This document shows positions 16,666 through 25,916 of a DNA stretch of 64,000 bases, piece after piece (positions within the stretch are counted from its first letter, which is position 1; the number at the start of each line of letters is the position of its first letter). The translations under genes and the position numbers were made by a program. This stretch comes from a virus. Its lineage: Duplodnaviria; Caudoviricetes. The stretch is from positions 1-64,000 of the IMG/VR virus record IMGVR_UViG_3300020049_016712; one strand, 5' to 3'. The notes below the pieces were generated by a model. That model had not been told where the DNA came from and ran no database searches. It saw nothing but the letters and a program-made list of their open reading frames with translations.

Positions 16666-18410
16666 GGAACGATCTTTATTTCTCCTGTTTCGATAAGTCG
16701 GGTTAGCGGGTCGTCGAGGTAACCGCGCGGCAGAACGCGCGACTTGAACTCGACTGGAAAAATATTCTTGGTTCTGGGATTTCTCCAAAGTCGCTCAAAT
16801 TGCGAGTCGATCATGTAGGTCCAACACCAATCGTGGCCGCTTCTAGGGGCCCTCCCTGCCCCTTGAACCAGTTCGCGAATAGCCTGAACCTCAAACCAGT
16901 GTCGGCCATCGTAGTGGCCCGTTTCCGGGTCTTTGTAGGCGAAACGGGCTTTGATTTGCGGATCTCCAAGGTTGGGCCACGGAACTTTTGCCCAAATCTG
17001 AACACGGCAATCATCGTCCGGGAAGTCGTATCCGCGCGAAATCGATGACCCGAAAATGACCGAGGCAGAGTTCTTCCTGAACGCATCCAGGGCGCTATTT
17101 TTGGCAGCCTCGGTTTCGTAGGTCAAGCACATGCGTTCACTCAGGATCTGGCAAATCGTCGACTGCAACGAATGCGCCAGATCGTTGGAGACGCAATGCA
17201 CGACCGTCCGATACTGAGGATGTCGCATGAGAACCCACAAAACAGCAGCAACCAACGGTTCCCAGGCGTCTTGAATGAAATTCCCGCCATCGTCCCGAGC
17301 GTCCCAATCCTCTTTTTTGCGATTCTTCGTGACATTCACCGAGGAGATCCTGATAATGGGTGAACGACGCGCATCCCATGGCGCAGGAGCCTCAATCCAC
17401 TTGATTTTTGCGCCTTCAAGACCGACATCGCGAATCAACTGGTCGGGGTCGATGATGGTCGCGCTCATCAAGAGCATCGGGTATCTGTTTTTGATGAATC
17501 GCTTAGAGACAATGGACGGAACGACGGGCTTGAGCGTCACCGACCCATAAGACGAAACCGAGTAAATCCAGTCTGGTGTTACGTCCTTGAGCGAGGCATA
17601 AAGGCGGTCAGCGGATTGAGAGGCTTTCACTAGCGAGTCGGAAACGTCTTTTCCCTGCTCTGCTAACGTCTGCTTGAGATTGTCGCAACGCTCTTTTAGT
17701 GCAACCTCGAAGGCCGCAAGCCACTTCGGCCACCGCTCTTCGATGGGCTCGTCGGGCTTACTTCGCTTTGGCGGTTTACGATGCTCTTTCGGCAGATTGA
17801 CCATCGAGATCATCGATGACGAAATCGAGACCGTCAGCGCACCCATGAGGACGCCTTCTAGCGAGTCTGCCTCGTCGATGACCGTTAACGGTCGTCTCCA
17901 AAAAGGATTATCAAGTGGCCGCTTGTCTAGTCCTGTATACCGGATAGAGGCCAACCAGTACGCCGTGTTCAAGACCACCGGAGAGGATGAACCGTTTTCA
18001 ATCCGAGTGCGGGCCGTGTGGCGCACCTGGCGATACTCACATGGGCCGGACTGGCAATAATTCCCCTTCACGCATAACCCGCAATGAATGTCGGGATAGG
18101 CGTGCTTCATGTCCGGACAGGCGTAATTGGCCTGGCCTTGCACCACAATGGAATCAGGAAAATTGTCGCAAAACTGCTTCTGGAGCGGCTTGTGCGGGGG
18201 CGCGTAAACCAGCGTCAGACCAAGCCGCTGGGCAAGCATGTAGGCAACCAGCGATTTGCCGAAACCGGTCGAGGCCTGCAATACGATAACCTCGTACCCT
18301 TCCTCGATGGCCAGTTCCATCATGACCAGGACGTAATCCTGAGCCTCGCGGATGGACTCTACCCAATCTGGCACCATGACCGTGCCAAGCCCGGCCTGAA
18401 CTTCCTTCAT
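16662..18410 (-). CDS. DinG/XPD-family SF2 helicase with Fe-S cysteines
   Basis: ASTGFGKS, Cys cluster, IDEAD, LLMSAT, GYDFPDD.CR, QGAGRAPR. Confidence 0.9.
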   Translation of the reverse strand: MKEVQAGLGTVMVPDWVESIREAQDYVLVMMELAIEEGYEVIVLQASTGFGKSLVAYMLAQRLGLTLVYAPPHKPLQKQFCDNFPDSIVVQGQANYACPDMKHAYPDIHCGLCVKGNYCQSGPCEYRQVRHTARTRIENGSSSPVVLNTAYWLASIRYTGLDKRPLDNPFWRRPLTVIDEADSLEGVLMGALTVSISSSMISMVNLPKEHRKPPKRSKPDEPIEERWPKWLAAFEVALKERCDNLKQTLAEQGKDVSDSLVKASQSADRLYASLKDVTPDWIYSVSSYGSVTLKPVVPSIVSKRFIKNRYPMLLMSATIIDPDQLIRDVGLEGAKIKWIEAPAPWDARRSPIIRISSVNVTKNRKKEDWDARDDGGNFIQDAWEPLVAAVLWVLMRHPQYRTVVHCVSNDLAHSLQSTICQILSERMCLTYETEAAKNSALDAFRKNSASVIFGSSISRGYDFPDDDCRVQIWAKVPWPNLGDPQIKARFAYKDPETGHYDGRHWFEVQAIRELVQGAGRAPRSGHDWCWTYMIDSQFERLWRNPRTKNIFPVEFKSRVLPRGYLDDPLTRLIETGEIKIVP

Positions 18411-18411
18411 T

Positions 18412-18470
18412 CTTCCGTTTGCTCCTAGCCCAATAAGGCGTTTTCAGAAACGTTCGTTAACCGAAGTCAA
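18412..18470 (-). promoter_or_regulatory. TTGACT-N3-GTTAAC operator and GGAGCAAACGG leader ahead of the helicase/type IV operon
   Basis: Same motifs as the early promoters; -10 not convincing. Confidence 0.55.
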
Positions 18471-18474
18471 ACTC

Positions 18475-19218
18475 CTACTTTTTCGGCAATAATTTTCTAG
18501 CCTCTGCCAAAGCGTTCAGGCACCGTGTTCTCCATGGCTCCCGCTCGGCAATGAGGATGCGCTCCTGTTGCTCGATAAACTCCAACAATGCATCCCAATC
18601 CTCTTGAGCGACCAGGATGTTCGTCGTGGCCTCGAGGTCTTTCATGCAGTCAGCATGATACTGCGCCTCGGCGAACTTCTGTTGAGAGTATTCAATCGAG
18701 ATGAATCTAGGACTGCGCTTGATGCCGCCATCTTTGTCGAACCAGCGAATCCGCTGATAGAAAGCGTCACGACCGAAATCAGAATAGGTCTGATATTCCG
18801 AGCACTCGCGAACGATGGTTTCGATTTGCGACCTGAAAAATTCGGGAATCTTCAAGCTCGTGGTATGAGTGCGCCCCTGATATTTGTCGAACCGGTAAAC
18901 GCGCTCAGGAGAAAATTCGTCTTGCTCCGTCTCATGCGGGGTCCACAACACATTCGTGAGGGGGCCAGGACTGTGGTTGATTCCGCTGCCCGGCGGGAGC
19001 GGGGGAATCGGAGGAGGTAAAGCCAAGTCTTCAATGTCCTTTCCTGGTCTATTTCGTCTGCGGACCTGAGATCTTCGACGCGACCGCTTGAATCCTTTCC
19101 CATGTTCCGGGTTTTCCGCGTGAAGTTTTTTCCATGATTCGAGCACGGTTTCGGAGGGAGTTCGAGGCGGCGACGGAGAACTTTCCCAGAAAAAACGTAC
19201 AGTACTGAAGTACCTCAA
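18475..19218 (-). CDS. Hypothetical DNA-binding protein with ribbon-helix-helix-like segment
   Basis: TTSLKIPEFFRSQIETIV...YSDFGRDA; next to the origin-like repeats; start uncertain. Confidence 0.5.
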   Translation of the reverse strand: MRYFSTVRFFWESSPSPPRTPSETVLESWKKLHAENPEHGKGFKRSRRRSQVRRRNRPGKDIEDLALPPPIPPLPPGSGINHSPGPLTNVLWTPHETEQDEFSPERVYRFDKYQGRTHTTSLKIPEFFRSQIETIVRECSEYQTYSDFGRDAFYQRIRWFDKDGGIKRSPRFISIEYSQQKFAEAQYHADCMKDLEATTNILVAQEDWDALLEFIEQQERILIAEREPWRTRCLNALAEARKLLPKK

Positions 19219-19545
19219 CTGCTCAGTACATGAAGTAATTCAGTACATGAAGGTACTCAGTACCTCAGTACACTCATGAACTCAGTACTCTCATGTACTG
19301 TACGATCCATGAGACTCATGAGATTCAGGTACTCAGTACATGAAGGTACTCAGTACTCATGCAATCGTCGGTATACGGTATTACCGTATCGGTGATACCT
19401 CCAAGAGCCAGAATACGGTAATACGCTAATACAAAACTACGGTATTATATAGGCTAAATTTGTAGTGTTGCACAACGTTTTGTACCCAGAGGCTAGAATA
19501 CGATAACACGGTAATACGCTAATACGAGAATACCGTATTATAAGG
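19197..19545. repeat. Iteron-like repeat block, putative replication origin
   Basis: 15 GTAC in 19197-19356 and 8 CATG in 19229-19361; direct repeats cagtacatgaaggtactcagtac (19241, 19334) and acggtaatacgctaatac (19415, 19508). Confidence 0.7.
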
Positions 19546-19569
19546 ACAAGCGTTAACGTGTGTTATTAG

Positions 19570-19628
19570 TTGACAAAGGTTAACGTTTGTGCAATAATAA
19601 GGCATCGAAAGAAACGGAGCAAACGAAA
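19570..19628 (+). promoter_or_regulatory. Early promoter with GTTAAC operator and CGGAGCAAACGAAA leader
   Basis: TTGACA 19570, GTTAAC 19579, AATAAT 19593. Confidence 0.8.
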
Positions 19629-19838
19629 ATGACGAACCTTCACCCTCGCGAAAACAAATCTTCCCTGGACAAAGAATTTTTTGACTTCGTTAATGCGGGC
19701 GACCTGACGAGCGCCCGCCTGCTGGCTTGGAACTGGCAACTGCAGTTCCCCTACTCCAGCAAAGAAGGAAAAAAATGGCATGACCGCTACGAATCGGTGG
19801 TGGAAGAGCAAATTGTTCTTGGCCAACTAGACGAATAG
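19629..19838 (+). CDS. Small early protein
   Basis: ATG 19629 after the leader; own promoter and terminator. Confidence 0.7.
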   Translation: MTNLHPRENKSSLDKEFFDFVNAGDLTSARLLAWNWQLQFPYSSKEGKKWHDRYESVVEEQIVLGQLDE

Positions 19839-19899
19839 ATTGGGGAAGAATGATTTCGAGGTCCTGCGTTGAAGAGTAACCTCGCACAAACAAATCCTA

Positions 19900-19929
19900 G
19901 AAGGGGCCTCCGCTTGGGGGCCTTTTCCC
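19900..19929 (+). terminator. Intrinsic terminator, part of a dispersed repeat
   Basis: GGCC(T)CC..GGGGGCC stem followed by TTTT. Confidence 0.55.
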
Positions 19930-20000
19930 ATGCAGGCGGTTTCTCGTATTATCGGCTCTTCGGGTGCTGGGGACTCGACTGCGCGCTTCGCTTGCGCAGG

Positions 20001-20420
20001 TCAGGTGCTCGATTTCGGCCAGGGCTCACATGGTTTCGATGTGTCGGCCAGTTCGAACATCGTTTTGAGCGCCTCTAGAGCCTCCATGGCGGCTTCTGCG
20101 GTTTCGCAGGCTATCAGGGTCGGAACGTAGGCGGAAAGTGCCTCTCGTGCCGTCTGTGGGCCGACAGATAACCAAATCTCGGATAGCATGATTGAGTAGA
20201 TGGGCCAAGGTAGTTTTATTAGCCAATCTCCATGCCGCAGAATTTCACCGATGCTGGAAAGCTCAAGCTCGATTGCTGCTAAGCAGTGTGGGCATATCGG
20301 CGAGTCTTCGCTAATGACTCCAGAAGCGTATATTGCTCGGCCGCAATACACCCCGGTTTGTCCGCTGAACACAACATGGGAAAAATGATCGCCAAGAGCG
20401 CCTTTGAGCTTATGTCTCAC
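20001..20420 (-). CDS. Zn-finger paralog family member (C-terminal ELA helix)
   Basis: H..YCG..CPHC; ACETAEAAMEALEALKTMFELA. Confidence 0.7.
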   Translation of the reverse strand: MRHKLKGALGDHFSHVVFSGQTGVYCGRAIYASGVISEDSPICPHCLAAIELELSSIGEILRHGDWLIKLPWPIYSIMLSEIWLSVGPQTAREALSAYVPTLIACETAEAAMEALEALKTMFELADTSKPCEPWPKSST

Positions 20421-20744
20421 CGGCTAACTCCAGGAACGTCGCCAGGGCCTCCAGAATCGCTTGTGCGGCCTCGAGGCTTTGGCAGGCCTCCAGGTCTGGG
20501 GCTGCGGCCGCGAGCGCCTCTCGGGCCATCCTGGGAGGCCTAATTCGGTTTCCAGATAGACTGTCCAGGATAATGGAAAACAGGCTTTGGCCCCGCAGTA
20601 TGATGTACGTTTCCCGCATCTCAGCCGCGAACGGGGCGTTCTCGAAACTTTTGGCCGCGAGACATATAGGACAGATTCCAATTGCAGGTGCGTAAACGCG
20701 TCGTGGTGGGATCGTGCTCGCAACCACAGATGAGTTTCTTTCAT
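20410..20744 (-). pseudogene. Zn-finger paralog with a frameshift near the 5' end
   Basis: Coupled ATG 20744 (MKETHLW) is one base out of frame with the body CPIC...ATFLELAGET. Confidence 0.55.
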
Positions 20745-21235
20745 TGCGCCAACTCCTGATTTTTCCCGCCGTCGGCCAGGGCGAGCATGGTTTTAAGGGA
20801 ATCGAATAACTCCTGGGCCTCGTTTGTGGTCTCGCAAGCAAGAAGGTCTGGCAACGTGGCGTAAAATACGTTCGTGGTTTTCAGAAACGGAATCTGCGGA
20901 GCGCAAATCCAGAGAGCGTGAATCAGGTTGTAGACGATTGGGAACTCCGGGTCGCGCCCCACGATCAATCCGTCCAGATGCCCAGGATTCTCCTCGACCA
21001 TTCGGGCTATCAGGCAACGAGGGCACGTCGCGAGTCCATCCGTTTTGAATCCCCAGAAACCTCCCGTTCCGCAAACCGTCTTAAGCATACCTTGTGGAAC
21101 ACCAAACTTGAATGGGAAATGTTCAAACTCGTCGGACGGACACCGCAAGCACATGTAATCAAACTGCGGTTTCCAGTTCCAAACCAATTCTTCTTTCACT
21201 GCGCCAACTCCAACATGGCCAAGGTGAAATTCCAT
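20741..21235 (-). CDS. Zn-finger paralog family member
   Basis: CLRC, VCG, CPRC; LACETTNEAQELFDSLKTMLALA. Confidence 0.7.
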   Translation of the reverse strand: MEFHLGHVGVGAVKEELVWNWKPQFDYMCLRCPSDEFEHFPFKFGVPQGMLKTVCGTGGFWGFKTDGLATCPRCLIARMVEENPGHLDGLIVGRDPEFPIVYNLIHALWICAPQIPFLKTTNVFYATLPDLLACETTNEAQELFDSLKTMLALADGGKNQELAQ

Positions 21236-21606
21236 TCTTCGTGGGGAAAGTTCTGCCGGTCGGCATATTGGCGCATGAAGTTAAACACGGTCAGTTGCGC
21301 TTCCGATTTTCGGACAGCATACCCTAACTCTCCGTATTCGGGGCAATTGGTTGCGCGGCGCACCTGTTTTACCATATCCACGAATAGCGGCATGCCGTCG
21401 TCGGTTTCGAATTCGGAATTCCATCGGCACCGGAACGATGCAGAGCAGACCTCGCACGGCGGATGATGGAGCTTGCCATGAGGTGTTGCTCTCAGCGTCG
21501 CGCCGACACCGCACCAGGTGAGTGCGCTATCCTCAGAAATGCGCGCATGCCGCCGCTTGTCCGAGGGCAGTACCCACGACAGGTAGTCGAATTCAGGCTC
21601 GGTCAT
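21196..21606 (-). CDS. Zn-finger paralog family member
   Basis: RH..TWCG..CEVC; ends MLELAQ. Confidence 0.7.
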   Translation of the reverse strand: MTEPEFDYLSWVLPSDKRRHARISEDSALTWCGVGATLRATPHGKLHHPPCEVCSASFRCRWNSEFETDDGMPLFVDMVKQVRRATNCPEYGELGYAVRKSEAQLTVFNFMRQYADRQNFPHEEWNFTLAMLELAQ

Positions 21607-21991
21607 GAGACGCCAACTCCATCATCGTATGCATTCCCTGGTAAATGTCGACCACTTCGCGCACCGACTTCGCGGCCATCATCTCCGCGCAAATCCGCTC
21701 CATGCAGGACCGCGCAAACCCGATTTGAAGAGCAGCCCATGGCATTCTGGTTATGATTTTGGCGTACCGGCTCTGCACGTTTGGCCCAAAGTCTATTTGT
21801 TTGTATGGTCGACGGAAAAACTCGGCAAGAACATGACTGCTGCATTTCTCGAACCGGTAAGCGAGTTCGCAGTGCGGACAAACCTCGAAAAACGAACATG
21901 GAGAGGTGGCATACAGGTCCGTGTAACCGATTCTCCAACCGCAGTAGGACCGGCGCGTGGTAGGGAACATGATGTGCACAGCGGCGGTCAT
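21593..21991 (-). CDS. Zn-finger paralog family member
   Basis: ATG 21991; VH..YCG..CPHC; ends TMMELASHDRA. Confidence 0.7.
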   Translation of the reverse strand: MTAAVHIMFPTTRRSYCGWRIGYTDLYATSPCSFFEVCPHCELAYRFEKCSSHVLAEFFRRPYKQIDFGPNVQSRYAKIITRMPWAALQIGFARSCMERICAEMMAAKSVREVVDIYQGMHTMMELASHDRA

Positions 21992-22416
21992 AGTTGCACC
22001 AGAATTTTCGCAGTTTCCAGGATGACCTCGAACTCGTCGAGATCGCATATCGCCAGATCGTTGCTGACGGCCGCCAGGATGGCCTCGTGATGCTCGGTCC
22101 ATCCATTCCACGAAAACTCTCTGCCGCACGGCCTGGCAGCGTTGTGCAAAGCCAAACGAAGAGACCATTGTATCGGAATCCGATTGCTGGAATCTCCAAC
22201 CAGGGACACAAACTTGGCTCTGAATTCCAGGTCTTGAGTATTCCTCTCTTCAAGAAGTTCGGCAGCATCGCACCAAGCGCAATCAGGCATGCTTTTCAGC
22301 ACCGCAAAGGAATACCGCATTCCGCACATGGAATACTTTGTTCCAGTCCCAAGATGCGGCCAGGCAATATGCCGGACGTGGTAAGTGTAAATATGTGCAG
22401 GAATAGCCATCGCCAT
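21988..22416 (-). CDS. Zn-finger paralog family member
   Basis: RH..SMCG..CAWC; LAICDLDEFEVILETAKIL. Confidence 0.65.
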   Translation of the reverse strand: MAMAIPAHIYTYHVRHIAWPHLGTGTKYSMCGMRYSFAVLKSMPDCAWCDAAELLEERNTQDLEFRAKFVSLVGDSSNRIPIQWSLRLALHNAARPCGREFSWNGWTEHHEAILAAVSNDLAICDLDEFEVILETAKILVQL

Positions 22417-22421
22417 AACGC

Positions 22422-22446
22422 AAAAAAGGGCCGAAGCCCTATCCTG
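22422..22446 (-). terminator. Intrinsic terminator
   Basis: AGGGC-TTCG-GCCCT-TTTTT on the minus strand. Confidence 0.7.
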
Positions 22447-22669
22447 CCTTCTCGGTGCGCCGCACCCAGTTATTCCAGTATGTGTCGGACATGAATTTGC
22501 CCCGGAACGACAACTCGGCGAGGTCGTCAACGAAATCCTCGAGTTCGTCATCGTCCAACACGATGGCCCGGTGACCATCGGTGGCAACGTGCACCGTGCT
22601 CTGGATGAAGTGGCCGAGCGTGGGCGTGGCCTTCTTCATTTGGATCTCTTCGATGAAAATTTGCTTCAC
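22439..22669 (-). CDS. Small acidic early protein
   Basis: GTG after a CGGAGCAAACGG leader. Confidence 0.65.
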   Translation of the reverse strand: MKQIFIEEIQMKKATPTLGHFIQSTVHVATDGHRAIVLDDDELEDFVDDLAELSFRGKFMSDTYWNNWVRRTEKAG

Positions 22670-22720
22670 TTCCGTTTGCTCCGTTCCTGAAAGTGCAGGG
22701 CCCCGAAGGGCCCCGGTTGT

Positions 22721-22876
22721 TTATTCCCGTCCGGGAAGTCCGGCCAGGGTGCGGCAGATAATCATCTGCGATTTGGCCGTGCGGCTCAGGTTGTGCCGCG
22801 ATTTGTGCAGGCGCCCGATATAAAAACTCGAGTCGCGCAGGTTTTCGGTTAGGGTCCAAGGCTTCAGGTTCGTCAT
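22721..22876 (-). CDS. 51-aa early protein (MTNLKPW...), absent from the ORF track
   Basis: ATG 22876 after a GGAG leader and consensus promoter; TAA 22721. Confidence 0.65.
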   Translation of the reverse strand: MTNLKPWTLTENLRDSSFYIGRLHKSRHNLSRTAKSQMIICRTLAGLPGRE

Positions 22877-22936
22877 CGTTTTCCGCTCCGTTTCTTTCGA
22901 TAAACCAAGTATATGACATTAGTTAACGGTTGTCAA
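22877..22936 (-). promoter_or_regulatory. Early promoter TTGACA-N3-GTTAAC...TATACT
   Basis: -35 22936-22931, -10 22913-22908. Confidence 0.8.
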
Positions 22937-22954
22937 TAGGGTCCCACAGGTTGG

Positions 22955-23269
22955 TTATCGGGCGCGTTCGCAGTAGTCGACCAGGACCATGTATTCCCAA
23001 TCCGACAGCTCTCGAATGCTTGGAGGAACGGTTCGGCGAGAGTCGATTCCCGTCAGGGCCGCGCAACCGGACTCGAACTCAAACCGCTTGCTGAACTCGG
23101 TCAGGTCTTGCGGGCTGATCTTGTCGAAAACGTCCTTTTGGGTCGCCGCGATGGCCGCGTAATAGCGCACCAGATCGCGGCGCGCTACCGAATGCGGCTT
23201 CTCGTCTTCCGGGCAGCGCGCTTCGATTTCTTTGAGCAACTCAGGCCAGGCCTGAAAGGAGATAATCAT
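22955..23269 (-). CDS. Hypothetical protein coupled to the VWA gene
   Basis: ATGA overlap at 23266-23269. Confidence 0.6.
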   Translation of the reverse strand: MIISFQAWPELLKEIEARCPEDEKPHSVARRDLVRYYAAIAATQKDVFDKISPQDLTEFSKRFEFESGCAALTGIDSRRTVPPSIRELSDWEYMVLVDYCERAR

Positions 23270-24699
23270 CGTTTCGCCTCCGCTTTCACGTTGACCACGG
23301 CCGCCCATTTGGGCACGTCTCCACCTTCGCCGCGCACGTTGTCGATACGCGCAATCACAGTCGGAATCGGGAACGACGTTGGCCATGGAGTGTAGCAATC
23401 CGACAGGCAGATAACGACTTGCGGGCGTGGCGTCAGTTTCAGGGCCGCGTCGAAGCCGATACGCATGTCCGTTCCTCCACCACCGTGCAACTCGAAACTC
23501 CCGATGTCTCGAATGCGCTTGGCGTTGTGCAAATCGGCGTCAACCTCCAAAAGCCAGGCAGAATCGACTCCGCCAGTTTTGAGGATGCCGCGCACCTCGG
23601 CCATAGCCTGGCCCAACAGGTCCTGGCTCATCGACCCGGACGTATCCAGGATGATCGCGATCTCCAGGTTGGGAGCCACCATGGAGGGCATGACGACTCG
23701 CGGAATACGCCGCCGCCCCGGTCTCGAGTAGGAGTAATCCTCAACACCGACACGACGGCCAGCCGCGCGCACCATTGCCCGGAACTGCTTGCGCCAATCC
23801 ACCTGCGGGCAGAACCGATCCTCGGCCCATCGGGTCCAATGTCCAGGGATATTGCCGCGCTTTTTCGAGGCCTCGTAAATCTCTTTGGCCACGTTATGGC
23901 GAATGGATTCCAGGTCGGCCTCGTCAACCCCAGGCGTGTCGCAGTCGTCGGGACCCGGCAACTCCCACTCACCAGGGCTGCCAGCACAACTACCACACTG
24001 CCCGTGGCCGACTCCAGAGGGGTCGCAATCGCAAGTTTCCTGGCCTCCGTGACCGTGGTCGTGGTTGCCATCGCATTTGCCACCCCCGCAACCTCCGCCC
24101 TGAGACTCATTGCTTTGGTTGCCAGCACCCGACGAACCCGACTCGTCAGCACTCGAGGAACCGTTCGTGTCTGTTTGGTTGCCAGATTTTTTACTTTTGC
24201 CCTTTCCGCCTTTCCCTTTCCCGCTTTGACCCTGGCCGCTCCCCGGTTCGGGTTTGGGCCTGCCGCAATTGCCGCAGACGCGTTGCACCTTGATTTTGTG
24301 GTAATACTCCTCGGCCAACCGGTGATCAGGCTCTCCGATTTGCTCGGGCAGGAGCATTTCCGGCAACGAAAGGCCCTCAGATTTCAGGTCGTCGTTGATC
24401 TCCATGTCCGAGGCGATGTTGTACCTCAACGGTTCGGCGCGCATCGCCTCGGCTCGACGGTTGTGGTCGCGCAAAACGTGGAACACCTCGTGATAGAGCA
24501 TGATCGCCAGTCGTTGCGTGTCCTCTTTCTCGACGAGGACGGGATTGTAATAGAGTCGAGCCCACTTATCGACGGCCATGGTCGGACACGATTTGGACTC
24601 GACCGGCTGGAGCGCCCAAACCGCCGTTGCCAGGTAGGGCCGTTGATGCGCCAGGGCCCGCCGAGCGGCTTGCAGTTGGAGAGGAACTTTAGCGGCCAC
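23266..24699 (-). CDS. DUF2201-type HExxH domain plus VWA domain protein
   Basis: YHEVFH; MIDAS DTSGSM; GGGGTD; SDCYT. Confidence 0.9.
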   Translation of the reverse strand: MAAKVPLQLQAARRALAHQRPYLATAVWALQPVESKSCPTMAVDKWARLYYNPVLVEKEDTQRLAIMLYHEVFHVLRDHNRRAEAMRAEPLRYNIASDMEINDDLKSEGLSLPEMLLPEQIGEPDHRLAEEYYHKIKVQRVCGNCGRPKPEPGSGQGQSGKGKGGKGKSKKSGNQTDTNGSSSADESGSSGAGNQSNESQGGGCGGGKCDGNHDHGHGGQETCDCDPSGVGHGQCGSCAGSPGEWELPGPDDCDTPGVDEADLESIRHNVAKEIYEASKKRGNIPGHWTRWAEDRFCPQVDWRKQFRAMVRAAGRRVGVEDYSYSRPGRRRIPRVVMPSMVAPNLEIAIILDTSGSMSQDLLGQAMAEVRGILKTGGVDSAWLLEVDADLHNAKRIRDIGSFELHGGGGTDMRIGFDAALKLTPRPQVVICLSDCYTPWPTSFPIPTVIARIDNVRGEGGDVPKWAAVVNVKAEAKR

Positions 24700-25810
24700 T
24701 GAGGCTCACCTCCTTCGCTGCTTTGATGATCGGCGAGAACCGCTGAATTTCTTTGGTCTTGATGGGCAAATGCGGGTGTTGCGCGAAGGCCCCAGCCAGG
24801 TTCTGCGCAACGGCCGCACTGGTATCGAGCGCACCCTTCTCGGCGGCCATCGTCAAAATGGTCCAGGCCGCAGACCATCTCTCGGGAGTGAGATTGCTCA
24901 GAGCCGCCTGCACGACCGAGGTCAGCACAACATAACGGTGGTCGCCGCGCTCGGGCAGCTTGAATTTGCTCGGGTCGTTCAGGAGGTCTTCCGGGTTCGG
25001 CAAGTCAAGCTCCTTAACCCAGGTGCGGAACTCGAGACCAGGCCCGGCTCCAACGGAGCCTTCAGCCAATTCCAGGAGCGCCTTTTCCCGCTCCGCTTTG
25101 GGCAGGCTGCAGGACTTTCCGGCGGCCCACAACTTGCTGAGCATCTCCCAGGAACGCGGCGACGGCCAGGCTTTCCCGGCTTCGTCGGCGCTATCGGGCA
25201 CCTTGATCTGAAGCCCAGGTCGCGTCCGCACGAAACCGGCTACGAGAATGCGGGCCTCCGTCAAACCATCCCTCCAGCTCGGAGAGAGTTTGGCAGCGCG
25301 AGCAGTCGGCCAGTGTCCAGACTCCATCCCGTTAGCCCATGCCTCCAACTCGGGTTCGCAGGTCAGGTGCAGGAACCGATTAGCCAACGGGGGAGAAAGC
25401 TCCCAGCCTCCAGCCGCTTGGTCAGGCGGATTGGCGGCTGCGATAATCCGCAACGACTCAGGCAACTCGAGGTCGCCAACAACGCGGTCAAACACCACCC
25501 TGAGCAGTGCTGCTTGCACCGCCGGCGGCGCGGTCGAAATCTCGTCGAGGAACAGGAGCGGAGCCGAAGACTCGGCCAACGATTTGGCCCACTGCGGCGG
25601 TGCGAACGATACGCTATTGTTGTCTCCGACAACCGGCAGGCCGGAGAAATCCGATGGTTCGCGAATGCTCGCGATTACGGTCTCCAGTTTCATCGAGAAA
25701 TCGATGGCCAGCTGTTTAATGGCCGAGGTCTTCCCGATGCCTGGCTCCCCCCAGAGGATGACCGGAACTCCCGCCTGAACAGCGATGCTAAGGGCGTTGA
25801 TACACTTCAT
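24689..25810 (-). CDS. MoxR-type AAA+ ATPase
   Basis: GEPGIGKT, LFLDE, AANPP, PLANRF, SPRSW. Confidence 0.9.
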   Translation of the reverse strand: MKCINALSIAVQAGVPVILWGEPGIGKTSAIKQLAIDFSMKLETVIASIREPSDFSGLPVVGDNNSVSFAPPQWAKSLAESSAPLLFLDEISTAPPAVQAALLRVVFDRVVGDLELPESLRIIAAANPPDQAAGGWELSPPLANRFLHLTCEPELEAWANGMESGHWPTARAAKLSPSWRDGLTEARILVAGFVRTRPGLQIKVPDSADEAGKAWPSPRSWEMLSKLWAAGKSCSLPKAEREKALLELAEGSVGAGPGLEFRTWVKELDLPNPEDLLNDPSKFKLPERGDHRYVVLTSVVQAALSNLTPERWSAAWTILTMAAEKGALDTSAAVAQNLAGAFAQHPHLPIKTKEIQRFSPIIKAAKEVSLSGR

Positions 25811-25916
25811 TTCGTTTACTCCTTCAATGACCGATAAATTCGGTTCTGAAGGACGGTTTCAACAGATCCTCGAGACCTCCTTCTAAACTTCTAGAAAACT
25901 TTCTAAAAACTTATAA

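Noticed and set aside
19197-19545. Canonical CRISPR array for the type IV module
   Set aside because: Short nested GTAC and AATAC repeats with no unique spacers or constant period; the pattern fits iterons.
25347-25357. 11-nt match (AACTCGGGTTC) to the sequence after the last cas12m repeat
   Set aside because: Too short given the number of comparisons, it is intragenic, and it has no T-rich PAM.
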